Assembly: GCA_049287345.1 (NCBI GenBank)
Contig: JBAQFQ010000010.1
Span: 7,795-71,794, forward strand
Source of the DNA: Candidatus Moraniibacteriota bacterium
GTDB lineage: Bacteria > Patescibacteriota > Minisyncoccia > Moranbacterales > UBA9337
Length of the DNA stretch: 64,000 nt
Reading direction: 5' to 3'
Part shown: one piece after another, positions 8,766 to 18,897 of the stretch
How positions within the stretch are numbered: the stretch's first letter is position 1
How the letters are laid out: every line of letters starts with the position of its first letter
The notes under the pieces: model-generated
What the model saw: the letters and a program-made list of their open reading frames with translations, nothing else
Databases searched by the model: none
Told to the model about the DNA's origin: nothing
Position numbers and translations under genes: made by a program

Positions 8766-9854
8766 CTACTTCTCCAATTCTCTTAATTCACTAATCAGCT
8801 CTTTTTCTCGACGGCTTATTTTTTTTGGCACGATTACTCTAATTTTTACTAAATGATGACCTCTATCATTTTCTCTCAAAAATGGCACGCCCAGATGACG
8901 AATTCTAAAAATCTCACCGTTTTGAGTACCGGCTGGGATTTTCATCGTCATTGGACCCTCGACTGTTTCAATCTCTATCTTGTCACCCAATGTAGCCTGA
9001 GCAAAAGAAATCCCCTCCTCTGAGACAATATTATTTTCCTCATCTCGATTAAATTTAGCGTGCTTTTTCACATGAACATTGATAAACAAATCACCGCTGG
9101 GAGCACCCTGTTTACCTGCCTCACCTTCACCTCTAAGAGAAATTGTTTGTCCATCACTTATTCCCGCAGGAATATCAATTGGAATCTTTTTCTCATTTTT
9201 ATAGATACCTTCTCCCTTGCAGTGACGACATTTTTGAGTGTAAATACTTCCCTGACCCTTACATTTATCACAAACTGCTTCTTGGGCAATAGTGCCTAAA
9301 ATTGTTCGAATTGATTTTCTTATTTTACCCGTGCCATGACAATCACTACAGGTTTCTTTTTTTGAGCCTCTCTCGCCCCCCTCTCCGCCGCAATGATCGC
9401 AAACTACATTTTTATACAAACTAATTTCTTTTCTAGTTCCTGTTACCATTTCAAAAAAACTTATTTCAATATCTACCTGAATATCCCTACCCACCTCCTG
9501 ATGATAACCACTTCTCCCACCACCAAAAATATCAGAAAAAACATCTTCCCAACCACTGGCACCAGAAAATCCACCAAATCCACCCTGCCCAAAACCAGAA
9601 AACCCCTCAAACCCACCAGAAAACCCACCCCCTCCAGCTCCTGAGCCGTTAAAAGTTTGACCGAATTGATCATATTGCGATCGCTTAGCTTTATCTGATA
9701 AAACCTGATAAGCCTCGTTAATTTCCTTGAACTTATCTTCATTACCGCCAGCTTTGTCGGGATGATGTTGATGTGCCAGCTTACGATAAGCTTTTTTAAT
9801 CTCGTCTTCAGAGGCACCTTTTTCCACTCCTAATATTTTATAATAATCAGCCAT
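8766..9854 (-). CDS. dnaJ: Molecular chaperone DnaJ
   Basis: J-domain with HPD, G/F-rich region, four CxxCxGxG zinc-finger repeats, C-terminal domains. Confidence 0.95.
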   Translation of the reverse strand: MADYYKILGVEKGASEDEIKKAYRKLAHQHHPDKAGGNEDKFKEINEAYQVLSDKAKRSQYDQFGQTFNGSGAGGGGFSGGFEGFSGFGQGGFGGFSGASGWEDVFSDIFGGGRSGYHQEVGRDIQVDIEISFFEMVTGTRKEISLYKNVVCDHCGGEGGERGSKKETCSDCHGTGKIRKSIRTILGTIAQEAVCDKCKGQGSIYTQKCRHCKGEGIYKNEKKIPIDIPAGISDGQTISLRGEGEAGKQGAPSGDLFINVHVKKHAKFNRDEENNIVSEEGISFAQATLGDKIEIETVEGPMTMKIPAGTQNGEIFRIRHLGVPFLRENDRGHHLVKIRVIVPKKISRREKELISELRELEK

Positions 9855-9909
9855 ACAATTAAGTTTAAAATCTATTTTTACTTTAATAATTTAGCATAAA
9901 ATAAAAAAA

Positions 9910-9936
9910 TTAGCAATCATCAAGAGTGAGTGCTAA
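9910..9936. promoter_or_regulatory. CIRCE operator (HrcA site) upstream of dnaJ
   Basis: TTAGCAATC-N9-GAGTGCTAA versus consensus TTAGCACTC-N9-GAGTGCTAA. A TTAGCA-17-TATATT promoter-like sequence overlaps on the minus strand (about 9937-9968). Confidence 0.7.
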
Positions 9937-9964
9937 AATATAAATTCACTACTAAATACTGCTA

Positions 9965-10068
9965 AAAGGTATTAGCCCCGGAGCAAGCCCTGGAATCTAC
10001 TTTCAGCAAGCTGCGGAGAATTTACTCAAAACGAGCTCGTCTACCGAAGCCTGGGCGTAAGTAGACTA
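9965..10068. repeat. About 100-nt conserved intergenic element, copy 1 (candidate ncRNA or REP-like element)
   Basis: About 85 percent identical to 12306-12411; contains the perfect palindrome ACGAGCTCGT and GCAAGC..GCAAGCTGC. Partial third copy at 22308-22378. Confidence 0.7.
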
Positions 10069-10692
10069 AATATTTCCTCGATTAATTAACGGCACAAAGG
10101 TAAAACCCGGGTACTCCTCTTCATAAAAATCATTTTCTCCTCTTTTTTCTAAATAATGGAGATAATTATAGACTGGTATAACCATCTTGCCACCTATTCT
10201 TAACTGATCCTTGAGCTCCTGAGGAACCTCTGTCGCTGAAGCGGACACTAAAATTCTATCATAAGGAGCCCTAGCAGCGTAACCCAGACTTCCATCCATA
10301 TTATAAAACTCTGCCACCTCCTTATTAATTTTTTTAATTTTACGTAAATTTTTTCTCCCCAAATCACACAATTCTTTAACTCTCTCAATGGACATAACTT
10401 TACCCTTTTCTCCAACGATATAAGCCAACAGGGCCGTGGTCCATCCAGAGCCACTACCAATATCCAGGATTTTTTGATTTTCCTGCGGATCAAGTAATTC
10501 CAACATGATTGCCACGGTGGTAGGCTGAGAAATTAGCTGCCCATAACCAATTGGCAAAGGAATATCAGCACCGGCACTTAATTCTAAATCTGAAGTAACA
10601 AAATCAACCCTATCAACATTAGCAAAGGATTCTATAATATGACTAGATCTCAAATAGCCATCTCGCATTAAATCATTGGTTAATCTATTCAT
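10066..10692 (-). CDS. pcm: Protein-L-isoaspartate O-methyltransferase
   Basis: DIGSGSGW motif I, LISQP; ATG at 10692 (the track start at 10698 is TTG). Confidence 0.85.
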   Translation of the reverse strand: MNRLTNDLMRDGYLRSSHIIESFANVDRVDFVTSDLELSAGADIPLPIGYGQLISQPTTVAIMLELLDPQENQKILDIGSGSGWTTALLAYIVGEKGKVMSIERVKELCDLGRKNLRKIKKINKEVAEFYNMDGSLGYAARAPYDRILVSASATEVPQELKDQLRIGGKMVIPVYNYLHYLEKRGENDFYEEEYPGFTFVPLINRGNI

Positions 10693-10720
10693 GTCCAAAA
10701 ATAAAAAAACTAAAAATAAA

Positions 10721-11164
10721 TCAAATTCCCATCACCTGCACAATCACATCTCGCTTACGCCCTCCATCAAATTCAATTACAAAAATATTTTGCCTATCAC
10801 CCAACATGATATTTCCCTTAGCTATTGGCACTACTTCGCTAGTCCCCAATAAAATAGACTTTGCATGTGAATGTCCATTACTGCGACCATCTGAGCGAAC
10901 AGCGGTGTTTCTAAGTTCAAATAAATCATGTGAATATTGATCCTCCACTGGCACCAATCGATATAAGACTCGCATAAAATCTTGCATTAGCATAGCCTCA
11001 TTATGATTAATAGCTAATCCCATAGTAGTATGTGGACAAAAAATTGTCACTTGCCCATCGCGAATACCTGAATTAGTTATTATCTCTCGAACCTTATCAG
11101 TAATATCCATAAACTCAATTTGAGTTCTACTTTCTAAGTCTATTTTTACGTTGTGTATTTTCAT
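10721..11164 (-). CDS. YjbQ/UPF0047 family protein (secondary thiamine-phosphate synthase-like)
   Basis: GHSHAKSILLGTS...IEFDGGRKR matches the UPF0047 signature. Confidence 0.75.
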   Translation of the reverse strand: MKIHNVKIDLESRTQIEFMDITDKVREIITNSGIRDGQVTIFCPHTTMGLAINHNEAMLMQDFMRVLYRLVPVEDQYSHDLFELRNTAVRSDGRSNGHSHAKSILLGTSEVVPIAKGNIMLGDRQNIFVIEFDGGRKRDVIVQVMGI

Positions 11165-11168
11165 ATTT

Positions 11169-12263
11169 TTATTTAGTTAAATTAGTTAAACTATCTTGCA
11201 AAGATTTAGCGGCCACTTCTGGTTGAATCATGGAGATTTCAATACCTGTCTCCAATTCAAAACCTGCCCAAGTCGAAGTGTGTGGCAAAATTTCAATATG
11301 CCAATGATAACGACGGTAATCTTTTCCGTCACAAGGTGAAGTGTGAATATAAAAATTATAAGGAGGATTGTTAACGGTGTGCTTGATAGCTAGCATAGCA
11401 TCTTTAAAAACCGCCGCCAATTTGATTTTTTCTTCGTCAGTAATTCTTTCAAAATAAGGATTATGTTTTTTGGGCATTATCCAAATTTCAAAAGCACTCC
11501 GACTAGCAAAAGGACAAAAAGCTATAAAGCTATCATTTTCAGAAATAACTCTTTTTTTGTGCTGACTCTCATATTCGAGCATTTCACAGTAGACACATTT
11601 TCGTAAACTTTTAAAATACAATTCCGCCCCGTCTATTTCCTGCTTAATATAAGGAGAAATCACGGGTATCGCCATCAGCTGTGAATGCGGATGAGAAATA
11701 GATGCTCCGGCTTCCTTACCAAAGTTGTGAAAAATTGTTATATAATTAACACTCTTTTTCCTCATTAATTCTAAATATCTATCTTGAAATGCATCAAAAA
11801 CTTCGGCTATTTCAAAAATATCCAAATCGGGCAGATGTTTAAAATGATCCTTAGTTACAATTACCTCATGATAACCTGTACCAGTCATAGCAAAATATGG
11901 ACCTTCCTCTAAAGAACGAGGAACTTTACCTCGAGAAAAAGCTGGGTATTTATTAGGAAAAACTCTTAACGTCCAATCCCCATTACTCTTAGAATAAATT
12001 AACACGTCTTTCTCCTGATTGGTTTTAGCTGGATCACAAAACAAACACGAGTCGATATCAGCTTCATCGATTAGTTTATGAGTACTATATTCCATCTTGG
12101 AGAAATCCTCTGGTCGCTTAGCTCGACCCACCGCAATAACCACCCAATCACCCGTAACGATATCCTGCCTTAATTCTGATTGAGCTAATTGCTTATTTTC
12201 GTCCAAAACAGCTTTATTTTTTTCGACTTTTTTTTCCCCTTCTTGGGAAATGTTTATTTGCAT
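11169..12263 (-). CDS. Galactose-1-phosphate uridylyltransferase-family (HIT-like) protein
   Basis: HPHSQ histidine triad-like motif, CLFC zinc motif, duplicated half-barrel organisation. Confidence 0.65.
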   Translation of the reverse strand: MQINISQEGEKKVEKNKAVLDENKQLAQSELRQDIVTGDWVVIAVGRAKRPEDFSKMEYSTHKLIDEADIDSCLFCDPAKTNQEKDVLIYSKSNGDWTLRVFPNKYPAFSRGKVPRSLEEGPYFAMTGTGYHEVIVTKDHFKHLPDLDIFEIAEVFDAFQDRYLELMRKKSVNYITIFHNFGKEAGASISHPHSQLMAIPVISPYIKQEIDGAELYFKSLRKCVYCEMLEYESQHKKRVISENDSFIAFCPFASRSAFEIWIMPKKHNPYFERITDEEKIKLAAVFKDAMLAIKHTVNNPPYNFYIHTSPCDGKDYRRYHWHIEILPHTSTWAGFELETGIEISMIQPEVAAKSLQDSLTNLTK

Positions 12264-12305
12264 TTTTATTTTTTTGTTTATCCCCGATTAAATATTTTAA
12301 TTACA

Positions 12306-12411
12306 GGTTATCAACCCCAGGGGCTTGCCCCGAGCCCTACTTTCAACAAGCTGCAGGGAATTTACTCAAAACGAGCTCGTCTGCCGAAGCTTGGGCGTAG
12401 GTAGATTTAAC
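12306..12411. repeat. About 100-nt conserved intergenic element, copy 2
   Basis: See 9965-10068. Confidence 0.7.
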
Positions 12412-12418
12412 TTGGTTT

Positions 12419-13198
12419 TTATTTTTTTTGCAATTCTTCCACTTTTTTATCTAATTGATAAATTCCTCTTAGCATATTAAACTTTACGCTAAATAAATCT
12501 TTAAATGTACTGATGTATCCGCTAATACCCACCGTGCTATCTCCACTATCAATCCACTCTACTGGCACTTCCACTATTTTATATCCCAATTTTTTTCCAA
12601 TCATCAACAATTCAAAATCCAAACCCCAACGATTAACTGTTGTTCGAGGAATTATATCCGCTGTGGCTTCTTTAGTAAAAGCTTTAAATCCACATTGAGT
12701 ATCTTTCATTCCCCAAAGTCCACCTACCATTTGAATTAATAAATTTCCACCATTTCCCAAAAATTCCTTCCAAATTGGTTGATGCACCTTAACCTCGGAT
12801 TCTTGCATATCTCTGGAACCGATAACAATATCATAATTTTCATCTTTAAATTTTGGCAGAAATTTATCCAACATCTTAATTGGAGTAGCTCCATCCATAT
12901 CAGTGAATAATACAATTTCTCCCTTGGCCTCCATCATTGCTTCTCTTAAAGTGAAACCCTTTCCCTTATTTTCTTTTCTATTTAAAACTCTAACACCCTC
13001 CAACTGTGAGGCGTACTCCGACGCTAATTGAGGTGTATCATCAGTTGGTCCATCTAGCGCAATTAGCACTTCGTAGCTTAATGATTTATTTTTAAAATAT
13101 TGGACGATTGATTCCAGGTGAGCTTTCATTTTATCTTTTCGTACTGCTTCATTATAAGTAGGTATCACGATTGATACGTAAGGATTGTTGTTTTCCAT
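12419..13198 (-). CDS. Family 2 glycosyltransferase (dolichyl-phosphate sugar synthase-like)
   Basis: VSIVIPTYNE, DGPTDDT, FTDMDG (DXD) motifs. Confidence 0.8.
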   Translation of the reverse strand: MENNNPYVSIVIPTYNEAVRKDKMKAHLESIVQYFKNKSLSYEVLIALDGPTDDTPQLASEYASQLEGVRVLNRKENKGKGFTLREAMMEAKGEIVLFTDMDGATPIKMLDKFLPKFKDENYDIVIGSRDMQESEVKVHQPIWKEFLGNGGNLLIQMVGGLWGMKDTQCGFKAFTKEATADIIPRTTVNRWGLDFELLMIGKKLGYKIVEVPVEWIDSGDSTVGISGYISTFKDLFSVKFNMLRGIYQLDKKVEELQKK

Positions 13199-13280
13199 TT
13201 CTTTTTTATTAAAAATTAAAACTAAAAAATTATATAATAACTTAATTAAATTATACTACAAACTCATATCACACACAATA

Positions 13281-14364
13281 TTATTTTTTTAATTTCAAGA
13301 ATGCCTGAATAAATTCATCAATTTCTCCATTTAAAACTGCCTCCGGATTAGTACTTTCAAAATCAGTCCGATGATCCTTAACTAGTTTATAGGGATGAAC
13401 CACGTAGGATCGAATTTGACTTCCCCACTGAGCACTTTGATGCTCTCCCTTTAGCTCCTTCTTTAAAGCAAGTTGCTCTTCTAAAAATTTCTTATGCAAC
13501 TTAGCTAGTAAAAGCTTCATTGCCCGCTCCTTATTTTGCAACTGGGAACGCTCTGTTTGACAAGCGGCGACAATGTTAGTTGGTAAGTGAGTTATCCTCA
13601 CTGCACTATCAGTAGTGTTAACACTTTGTCCGCCAGCTCCCGAAGAGCGAAAAGTATCAATTTTTAAATCATCACTTTTTATCACAACTTCCTTTAGATT
13701 TTCAATCACTGGCAAAACCTCCACCAAGGCAAAAGAAGTTTGTCTTAAATTATCCGAATTAAAAGGAGATAATCTTACTAGTCGATGAGTCCCCACCTCT
13801 CCTTGCAAAAGACCATAAGCATAAAGACCATTTACTTCAAAAGTTACACTTTTAATTCCAGCTTCCTGACCCCGAGACTCATCCATTATCTTTGTTTTAA
13901 AATTATTTTTTTCAGCAAAGCGTAGATACATTCTAAAAAGCATCTCTGCCCAATCCTGAGCATCTACCCCGCCCGCCCCAGCATACACAGAAATAATCAC
14001 ATTATTTTTATCATATTCTCCACCCAGAAAAGTTTCCAATTCCAACTGCTGAAATTCTTTCTCTAATAATAAAATCTGTGCTCTCAAATCATTTTGCTCC
14101 GCCTCGTCTTCTGCAATCGCAATAACTTCTAATAAATAATCAATTTGTTCTTTTATTTTTTCTATTTTTATAATAATCTGCTTAAGCTCCTCCAATTCTC
14201 TCATTACCAAACCTGCCGCCTCATGATTATCCCAAAAATTAGCTTGATTTATCAATAATTCCAACTCTCCAATTCTGACCTCTTTATTTTTTAAGTCAAA
14301 GGCATTCCCGCAAAGACGGGAGCTTACTTTTTAAATCTTCTAATTTCTTTCTAGATTCTATCAT
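13281..14364 (-). CDS. prfB: Peptide chain release factor 2, expressed via programmed +1 frameshift
   Basis: ORF0 ATG at 14364 ends in CTT TGA C at 14295-14301. The +1 frame continues into the 13281..14264 ORF with SPF and GGQ motifs. Confidence 0.9.
14293..14301 (-). promoter_or_regulatory. RF2 autoregulatory +1 frameshift site CTT TGA C
   Basis: In-frame UGA after codon 22 with the canonical CUU UGA C context. Confidence 0.85.
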
Positions 14365-14369
14365 TAAAT

Positions 14370-15167
14370 TTATTCACCACCCATAGCAGCTCTTAACTCC
14401 TCCTGAGCTGATTTCATTGTAAGTTTAAAATTATCAATAGCAGTCTCAACGGCTACTTTTCTTGTTTCTCGCAAAGCTTGCAAGGTAGTTTGAACTTTCT
14501 TAACTTCTTGAACTTTAGCCTTGTGAGCTACTTGAATTCCTTTGATATCTGCCTTTAACTTATCTAACATAGTTTTCAATTCTTCGCTAGTGGCAGAATC
14601 ACTACAAGCGTTTTCTGTTTTATTCACAGCAGCCTCAATATTGTTTTTTAATTCATTTCTCAAAGTTTGCATATTTGTTTCTCGCGCATCGATAGCTTGG
14701 TCGATTCCAATGTTCATATTTTTTCGAGCTTGGTCAATTGCTCTTCTGCGAACTTTGATAGCCTCCTCTACGGAAGCCGTAAACTCTTCCACTGCCGCTT
14801 TCTTAGCTGCATCGTCACCAGCCTTAAGTATTAATTCATTGTAAAATTCTTCTCGTGTTTGATCTCGCTCAGTTCTCCTTGATTCTAATTCAGCATCTCT
14901 ATTGATTCTGTTTTCTTCCATTTCCTGAACTCTATTTTGCTCACGCTCCCTTAGCTGACCCTCATCACTACCTAATCGCGCCACCAAACGAGTACCTACC
15001 TTTGCAAATCTATCGCAAAGTTTTTCTGTTTTTTTATCCTCTATGGCTGCCTTACGATCCTCAATTTTATCAGCTCGGTCCTGATTAATCGCCTGGGCGC
15101 CGGTTGAAACCATACCCAAAAATCCAACTGCTAAAAAAAATCCCAATAATTTAATTTCAATTTTCAT
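14370..15167 (-). CDS. Secreted coiled-coil protein (signal peptide), hypothetical
   Basis: N-terminal hydrophobic signal; Glu/Arg/Lys/Ala-rich heptad-like body. Confidence 0.6.
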   Translation of the reverse strand: MKIEIKLLGFFLAVGFLGMVSTGAQAINQDRADKIEDRKAAIEDKKTEKLCDRFAKVGTRLVARLGSDEGQLREREQNRVQEMEENRINRDAELESRRTERDQTREEFYNELILKAGDDAAKKAAVEEFTASVEEAIKVRRRAIDQARKNMNIGIDQAIDARETNMQTLRNELKNNIEAAVNKTENACSDSATSEELKTMLDKLKADIKGIQVAHKAKVQEVKKVQTTLQALRETRKVAVETAIDNFKLTMKSAQEELRAAMGGE

Positions 15168-15242
15168 ATTTATTTTTTCTCTCGTTAAATTATTTTAATT
15201 TAACTTGAGCTTAATTTTAAAAGATTAACTAACAGAATTAAA

Positions 15243-15548
15243 TTAATAAACCTCATTTTCAAATGAATCCACATTAAGCTCCTCATCGAATTGGTTATCA
15301 TCTACTAAACCATCTGATAAATCATCGGCGTCCTCCTCAAAATCAATATTCTCGACAGTCAAATCCTTTGTCGGCTGATTATTCTGAGCAGGCGAATTAT
15401 TGTTTGTTTTTTTAAGCTGACCACTTTCAGAAATATTCCTTTGACCGCTATTTAAATCACCACCCAAATTATTGGCGATTGCCCAAATTAATCCCCCTAA
15501 AACAATAGCTACTCCAATGAATATCCATAAATACAAATTTTTTTTCAT
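15243..15548 (-). CDS. Small membrane-anchored acidic protein, hypothetical
   Basis: One N-terminal TM helix, Asn/Gln-rich linker, acidic C-terminus. Confidence 0.5.
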   Translation of the reverse strand: MKKNLYLWIFIGVAIVLGGLIWAIANNLGGDLNSGQRNISESGQLKKTNNNSPAQNNQPTKDLTVENIDFEEDADDLSDGLVDDNQFDEELNVDSFENEVY

Positions 15549-15742
15549 ACTCCTTTGCTCAGCAGCTCGCGAAAAATCGCAGATACTACTTAAGTTTTAT
15601 TTTAATTATTTTGCTTTTCTATATTATACCATTTTTTCCATCAATTACAAGAACAGTTTGACTTAAGCCGCCAATAGAGATAGAATTTACTTGAGTTTAA
15701 AGCTCATTCAAAGCAGCTAATTTCCGCATTTAAAATCAACTT

Positions 15743-16819
15743 ATGTTTAATCAAATTAAAAATATCCAAAAAGAATATCAAGAATTAACCGAACAGTTAA
15801 ATTCCCCGACTATTACCTCTGACTCTTCTCAGATGGCCAAAGTTGGTAAAAGAAAATCTGAGTTAGAAAAGATAATTATTCTCATCAATCAATTAGAATC
15901 AATCACCAATGAAATCAAGGAAAATGGTGAAATTATTAATTCCCAAGAAGATGAAGAAATGACCACTATGGCCATTGAGGCTAATGCTCAATTAGCTAAA
16001 GAAAAGGAAGAATTAGAAAGGAAGTTAGAATTTGAACTATTACCTAAAGATCCCAATGATGGGAAAAACTCCATTGTTGAAATCCGAGCTGGTGCAGGTG
16101 GCGATGAAGCAGCTCTTTTTGCTGGCACTCTTTTTAAGATGTATTCTCGCTATGCCGAAGCTAATCGTTGGTCAATTTCTGTCCTTAATTCTCATCCAAC
16201 GGGAATCGGCGGCTACAAAGAAATAGTTTTCACGCTTTCCTCTATGGATAATGAAAATTCTGTTTTCAAAAAAATGAAATATGAATCAGGCGTGCATCGT
16301 GTCCAGAGAATTCCTGAAACAGAAAAATCTGGCAGAATTCATACCTCTACTGCTACAGTGGCGGTTTTGCCAGAGGTAGAAGAAATTGATATTAAAATAG
16401 ATGCTAAAGATTTACGCATTGATACTTTTGCCTCCTCTGGCCCGGGTGGTCAAAGTGTTAACACCACCATGAGTGCAGTACGCATCACTCATCTTCCTAC
16501 TGGCATAGTGGCTTCCTGTCAGGACGCCAAATCTCAACATAAAAATAAAGATCAAGCCATGAAAGTTCTCCGTTCTCGAATTGTTCAAATTCAGAGAGAT
16601 GAAGAAGCAAAAAAATTAGGTGATGCGCGACTTAGCCAAATAGGTACTGGTGATCGCAGTGAAAAAATTAGAACTTATAATTTTCCTCAAGATAGAATTA
16701 CTGACCATCGCATCAAAGTTTCTTGGAGTAATATCGAGGGCATCTTAAATGGCAACTTAGCGGAGATTATTAAAACCTTGCAAGAGGAGGATATTAAGAA
16801 AAAACTGAATCAAAAATAA
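15743..16819 (+). CDS. prfA: Peptide chain release factor 1
   Basis: PET (PxT) codon-recognition motif, GGQ motif, RF-1 domain. Confidence 0.93.
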   Translation: MFNQIKNIQKEYQELTEQLNSPTITSDSSQMAKVGKRKSELEKIIILINQLESITNEIKENGEIINSQEDEEMTTMAIEANAQLAKEKEELERKLEFELLPKDPNDGKNSIVEIRAGAGGDEAALFAGTLFKMYSRYAEANRWSISVLNSHPTGIGGYKEIVFTLSSMDNENSVFKKMKYESGVHRVQRIPETEKSGRIHTSTATVAVLPEVEEIDIKIDAKDLRIDTFASSGPGGQSVNTTMSAVRITHLPTGIVASCQDAKSQHKNKDQAMKVLRSRIVQIQRDEEAKKLGDARLSQIGTGDRSEKIRTYNFPQDRITDHRIKVSWSNIEGILNGNLAEIIKTLQEEDIKKKLNQK

Positions 16820-16872
16820 ATATTCAATATTAAAATACTGAACAAATTGCAAACCCGCTCCCACATAGCATT

Positions 16873-16900
16873 ACTCGTAGGAACAGGGCACTGCCCTGTT
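16873..16900. repeat. Conserved hairpin element ctcgtaggaaCAGGGCactGCCCTGttc, second copy of the 4871-4897 element
   Basis: 27-nt identity with the copy after elp3. Confidence 0.7.
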
Positions 16901-16940
16901 CGATAAAAAACATTACCCTGTTCTCTATTTTTCCAATTTT

Positions 16941-16978
16941 AAAACCCCAAGCAGATTGTTCCCTGCCTGGGGTTTTAT
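16941..16978. terminator. Bidirectional terminator (serves the minus-strand 16989..17822 gene)
   Basis: CCCCAAGCAG...CTGCCTGGGG stem followed by TTTTATT. Confidence 0.7.
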
Positions 16979-16988
16979 TCTTCCTCAC

Positions 16989-17822
16989 TTAGACAGAATC
17001 ATTCAAGCTCTTATCAGGAAATAATTCCAGAGCCTTCTTAATTCTTGTCTTTCTCCTTTCAAACACAAATCCTTCGCCCGTTCTACTGCAACCATACCTT
17101 TTCTCGATAAATGGCGAATTCACAGCATCTCGAAGTTGAGTTGCGGCTTCTTTCCAGTCGGTAATATATTTCCTCAAAGCTTTGAGCTCAGCTTCATGAT
17201 CTTCAATGAGCCTGCATTTTTCTTCTTTCCATCCATATTCATTGATTGTAGACAATTCAATTTCCTCATAAAGAACTGCCTTGTTTGCCTCTAACTGGCT
17301 ATTCACTTCTTGCAAATATTTAGCTTCCTGCTCCAGATGTGCACATCTTCCCTGGATATCAATTTGCTTCTGAGTTTCCTGGGCAGCTAACATCAATTCC
17401 TCAAGGTCAATGTGCCCGACAAGAAATTTACAGCAAGCATTCGCATCGCCGACGAAAAATACTCCGTCGCTAGCATTAGGATCAGTTGAAAAAAGTTTTC
17501 CTTGAGTTTTCATCTCGATATATCCATCGGGATTAATGATTCCCAATCGATCTCCAGAAGGAATCCAATTTCTCTGTGCGTCAAAAGAAATCTTATCTTC
17601 TTTCCATTGAAGATAAATAAATGTGTAGGAGCCGGCAATTTTTACCGCCAACAATTCATCTCTTTCGTTGGAAAAATTAACCACAAATGAACTTGATCCC
17701 TCTTCTCCGCCAAGCACATCTTCAACTGAACATCCCAAGAGCCTAATAACATAGTTGAATTTCCCGTCAATAAGAACAGTTTTTCCATTTATTGTAACTG
17801 CAATATTCTGACTCCATAACAT
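16989..17822 (-). CDS. Hypothetical protein (277 aa) with a coiled-coil C-terminal half, inserted between prfA and prmC
   Basis: ATG at 17822 with GGAGGTG 5 nt upstream; no recognisable family. Confidence 0.65.
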   Translation of the reverse strand: MLWSQNIAVTINGKTVLIDGKFNYVIRLLGCSVEDVLGGEEGSSSFVVNFSNERDELLAVKIAGSYTFIYLQWKEDKISFDAQRNWIPSGDRLGIINPDGYIEMKTQGKLFSTDPNASDGVFFVGDANACCKFLVGHIDLEELMLAAQETQKQIDIQGRCAHLEQEAKYLQEVNSQLEANKAVLYEEIELSTINEYGWKEEKCRLIEDHEAELKALRKYITDWKEAATQLRDAVNSPFIEKRYGCSRTGEGFVFERRKTRIKKALELFPDKSLNDSV

Positions 17823-18000
17823 AATTACACCTCCATGATGTTTAAATTTTCCGACCCATCGGCCGCGAAGAACAATCGACCCCAGGCAGACCTGGCGATC
17901 TAGAGCGTTTTTTTATTAATCCTCGCCCCTACTAGGATTTTCTGCTTAAGTGTGGTATAAAAATAGCACACTGTTCAGACTGATAATTTAAACATATTTT

Positions 18001-18897
18001 ATGAAAAATGTCAAGAATACAATTGAGGATATAAAATTAAAATATCTCGGAAAGTTAGATTCTCTTGATCTAGATCTTTTAATTTCTTTTGTATTAAAGA
18101 AAGAGCGGGAATTCATCCTCGCTCATCCAGAATACCTATTAACCAGTAAGCAGCAGTCAACAATCGATAAGGTGATGGCCAGACGCCTTAAAAATGAACC
18201 CCTTTCCTACATCCTGGGAGAGAAAGAGTTTTATGGCTTAAATTTCAAAGTTAATCAACACACCCTTATTCCCCGTCCAGAGACAGAATTGATGGTAGAA
18301 TTAGCATTGGAGGAAATACTCAAGGCTCAATATCCAATACTCAATACTATTGATATCGGTACTGGTAGTGGAAATATCATCATTTCACTTGCTCATCAAT
18401 TAAAAAATACTAGCTACCAGTTACCAGTTACTAATTACCTTGCTATCGATATTTCCAAAGAAGCTATCAAAATTGCCAAGCAAAACGCCAAATTTCATAA
18501 TCTGAATAAACAGATAAAATTCCTCCATGGAAACCTCTTGGAGCCCATCGTTAAATCTAAAATCATAAATCATAAATCTTCCCTGTTGATTCTGGCAAAT
18601 CTTCCCTATCTCTCCAAAGACATCTACAACGCTTGTGCTGAGAACGTTAAAAAATACGAACCCCGAACTGCGCTCTACTCAGCTACCTATGGTCTTGCTC
18701 ATTATGAAGAACTTTTGGGTCAAATAAAATTGCTAATCGATACTCACCAACAAGCTATTGTCCTGCTAATAGAAATAAGCCCTGAGCAAAAAAAATTATT
18801 GCCCCCGCTAATCAAAAAATACTTTCCCCAAGCACAATTAACATTCATAAAAGATTTGACTCAGCGCTGGAGATTTTGCAAAATAATTTTAAAATAA
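18001..18897 (+). CDS. prmC: Release factor glutamine N5-methyltransferase PrmC (HemK)
   Basis: IPRPETE, DIGTGSGNI, and NLPY variant of the NPPY motif; its position after prfA is conserved. Confidence 0.85.
   Translation: MKNVKNTIEDIKLKYLGKLDSLDLDLLISFVLKKEREFILAHPEYLLTSKQQSTIDKVMARRLKNEPLSYILGEKEFYGLNFKVNQHTLIPRPETELMVELALEEILKAQYPILNTIDIGTGSGNIIISLAHQLKNTSYQLPVTNYLAIDISKEAIKIAKQNAKFHNLNKQIKFLHGNLLEPIVKSKIINHKSSLLILANLPYLSKDIYNACAENVKKYEPRTALYSATYGLAHYEELLGQIKLLIDTHQQAIVLLIEISPEQKKLLPPLIKKYFPQAQLTFIKDLTQRWRFCKIILK

Noticed and set aside
12189-12404. Track ORF 12189..12404 (+, 71 aa)
   Set aside because: It overlaps the galT-like gene start region and the conserved intergenic repeat copy 2. 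The translation is low-complexity Phe-rich with no start context.
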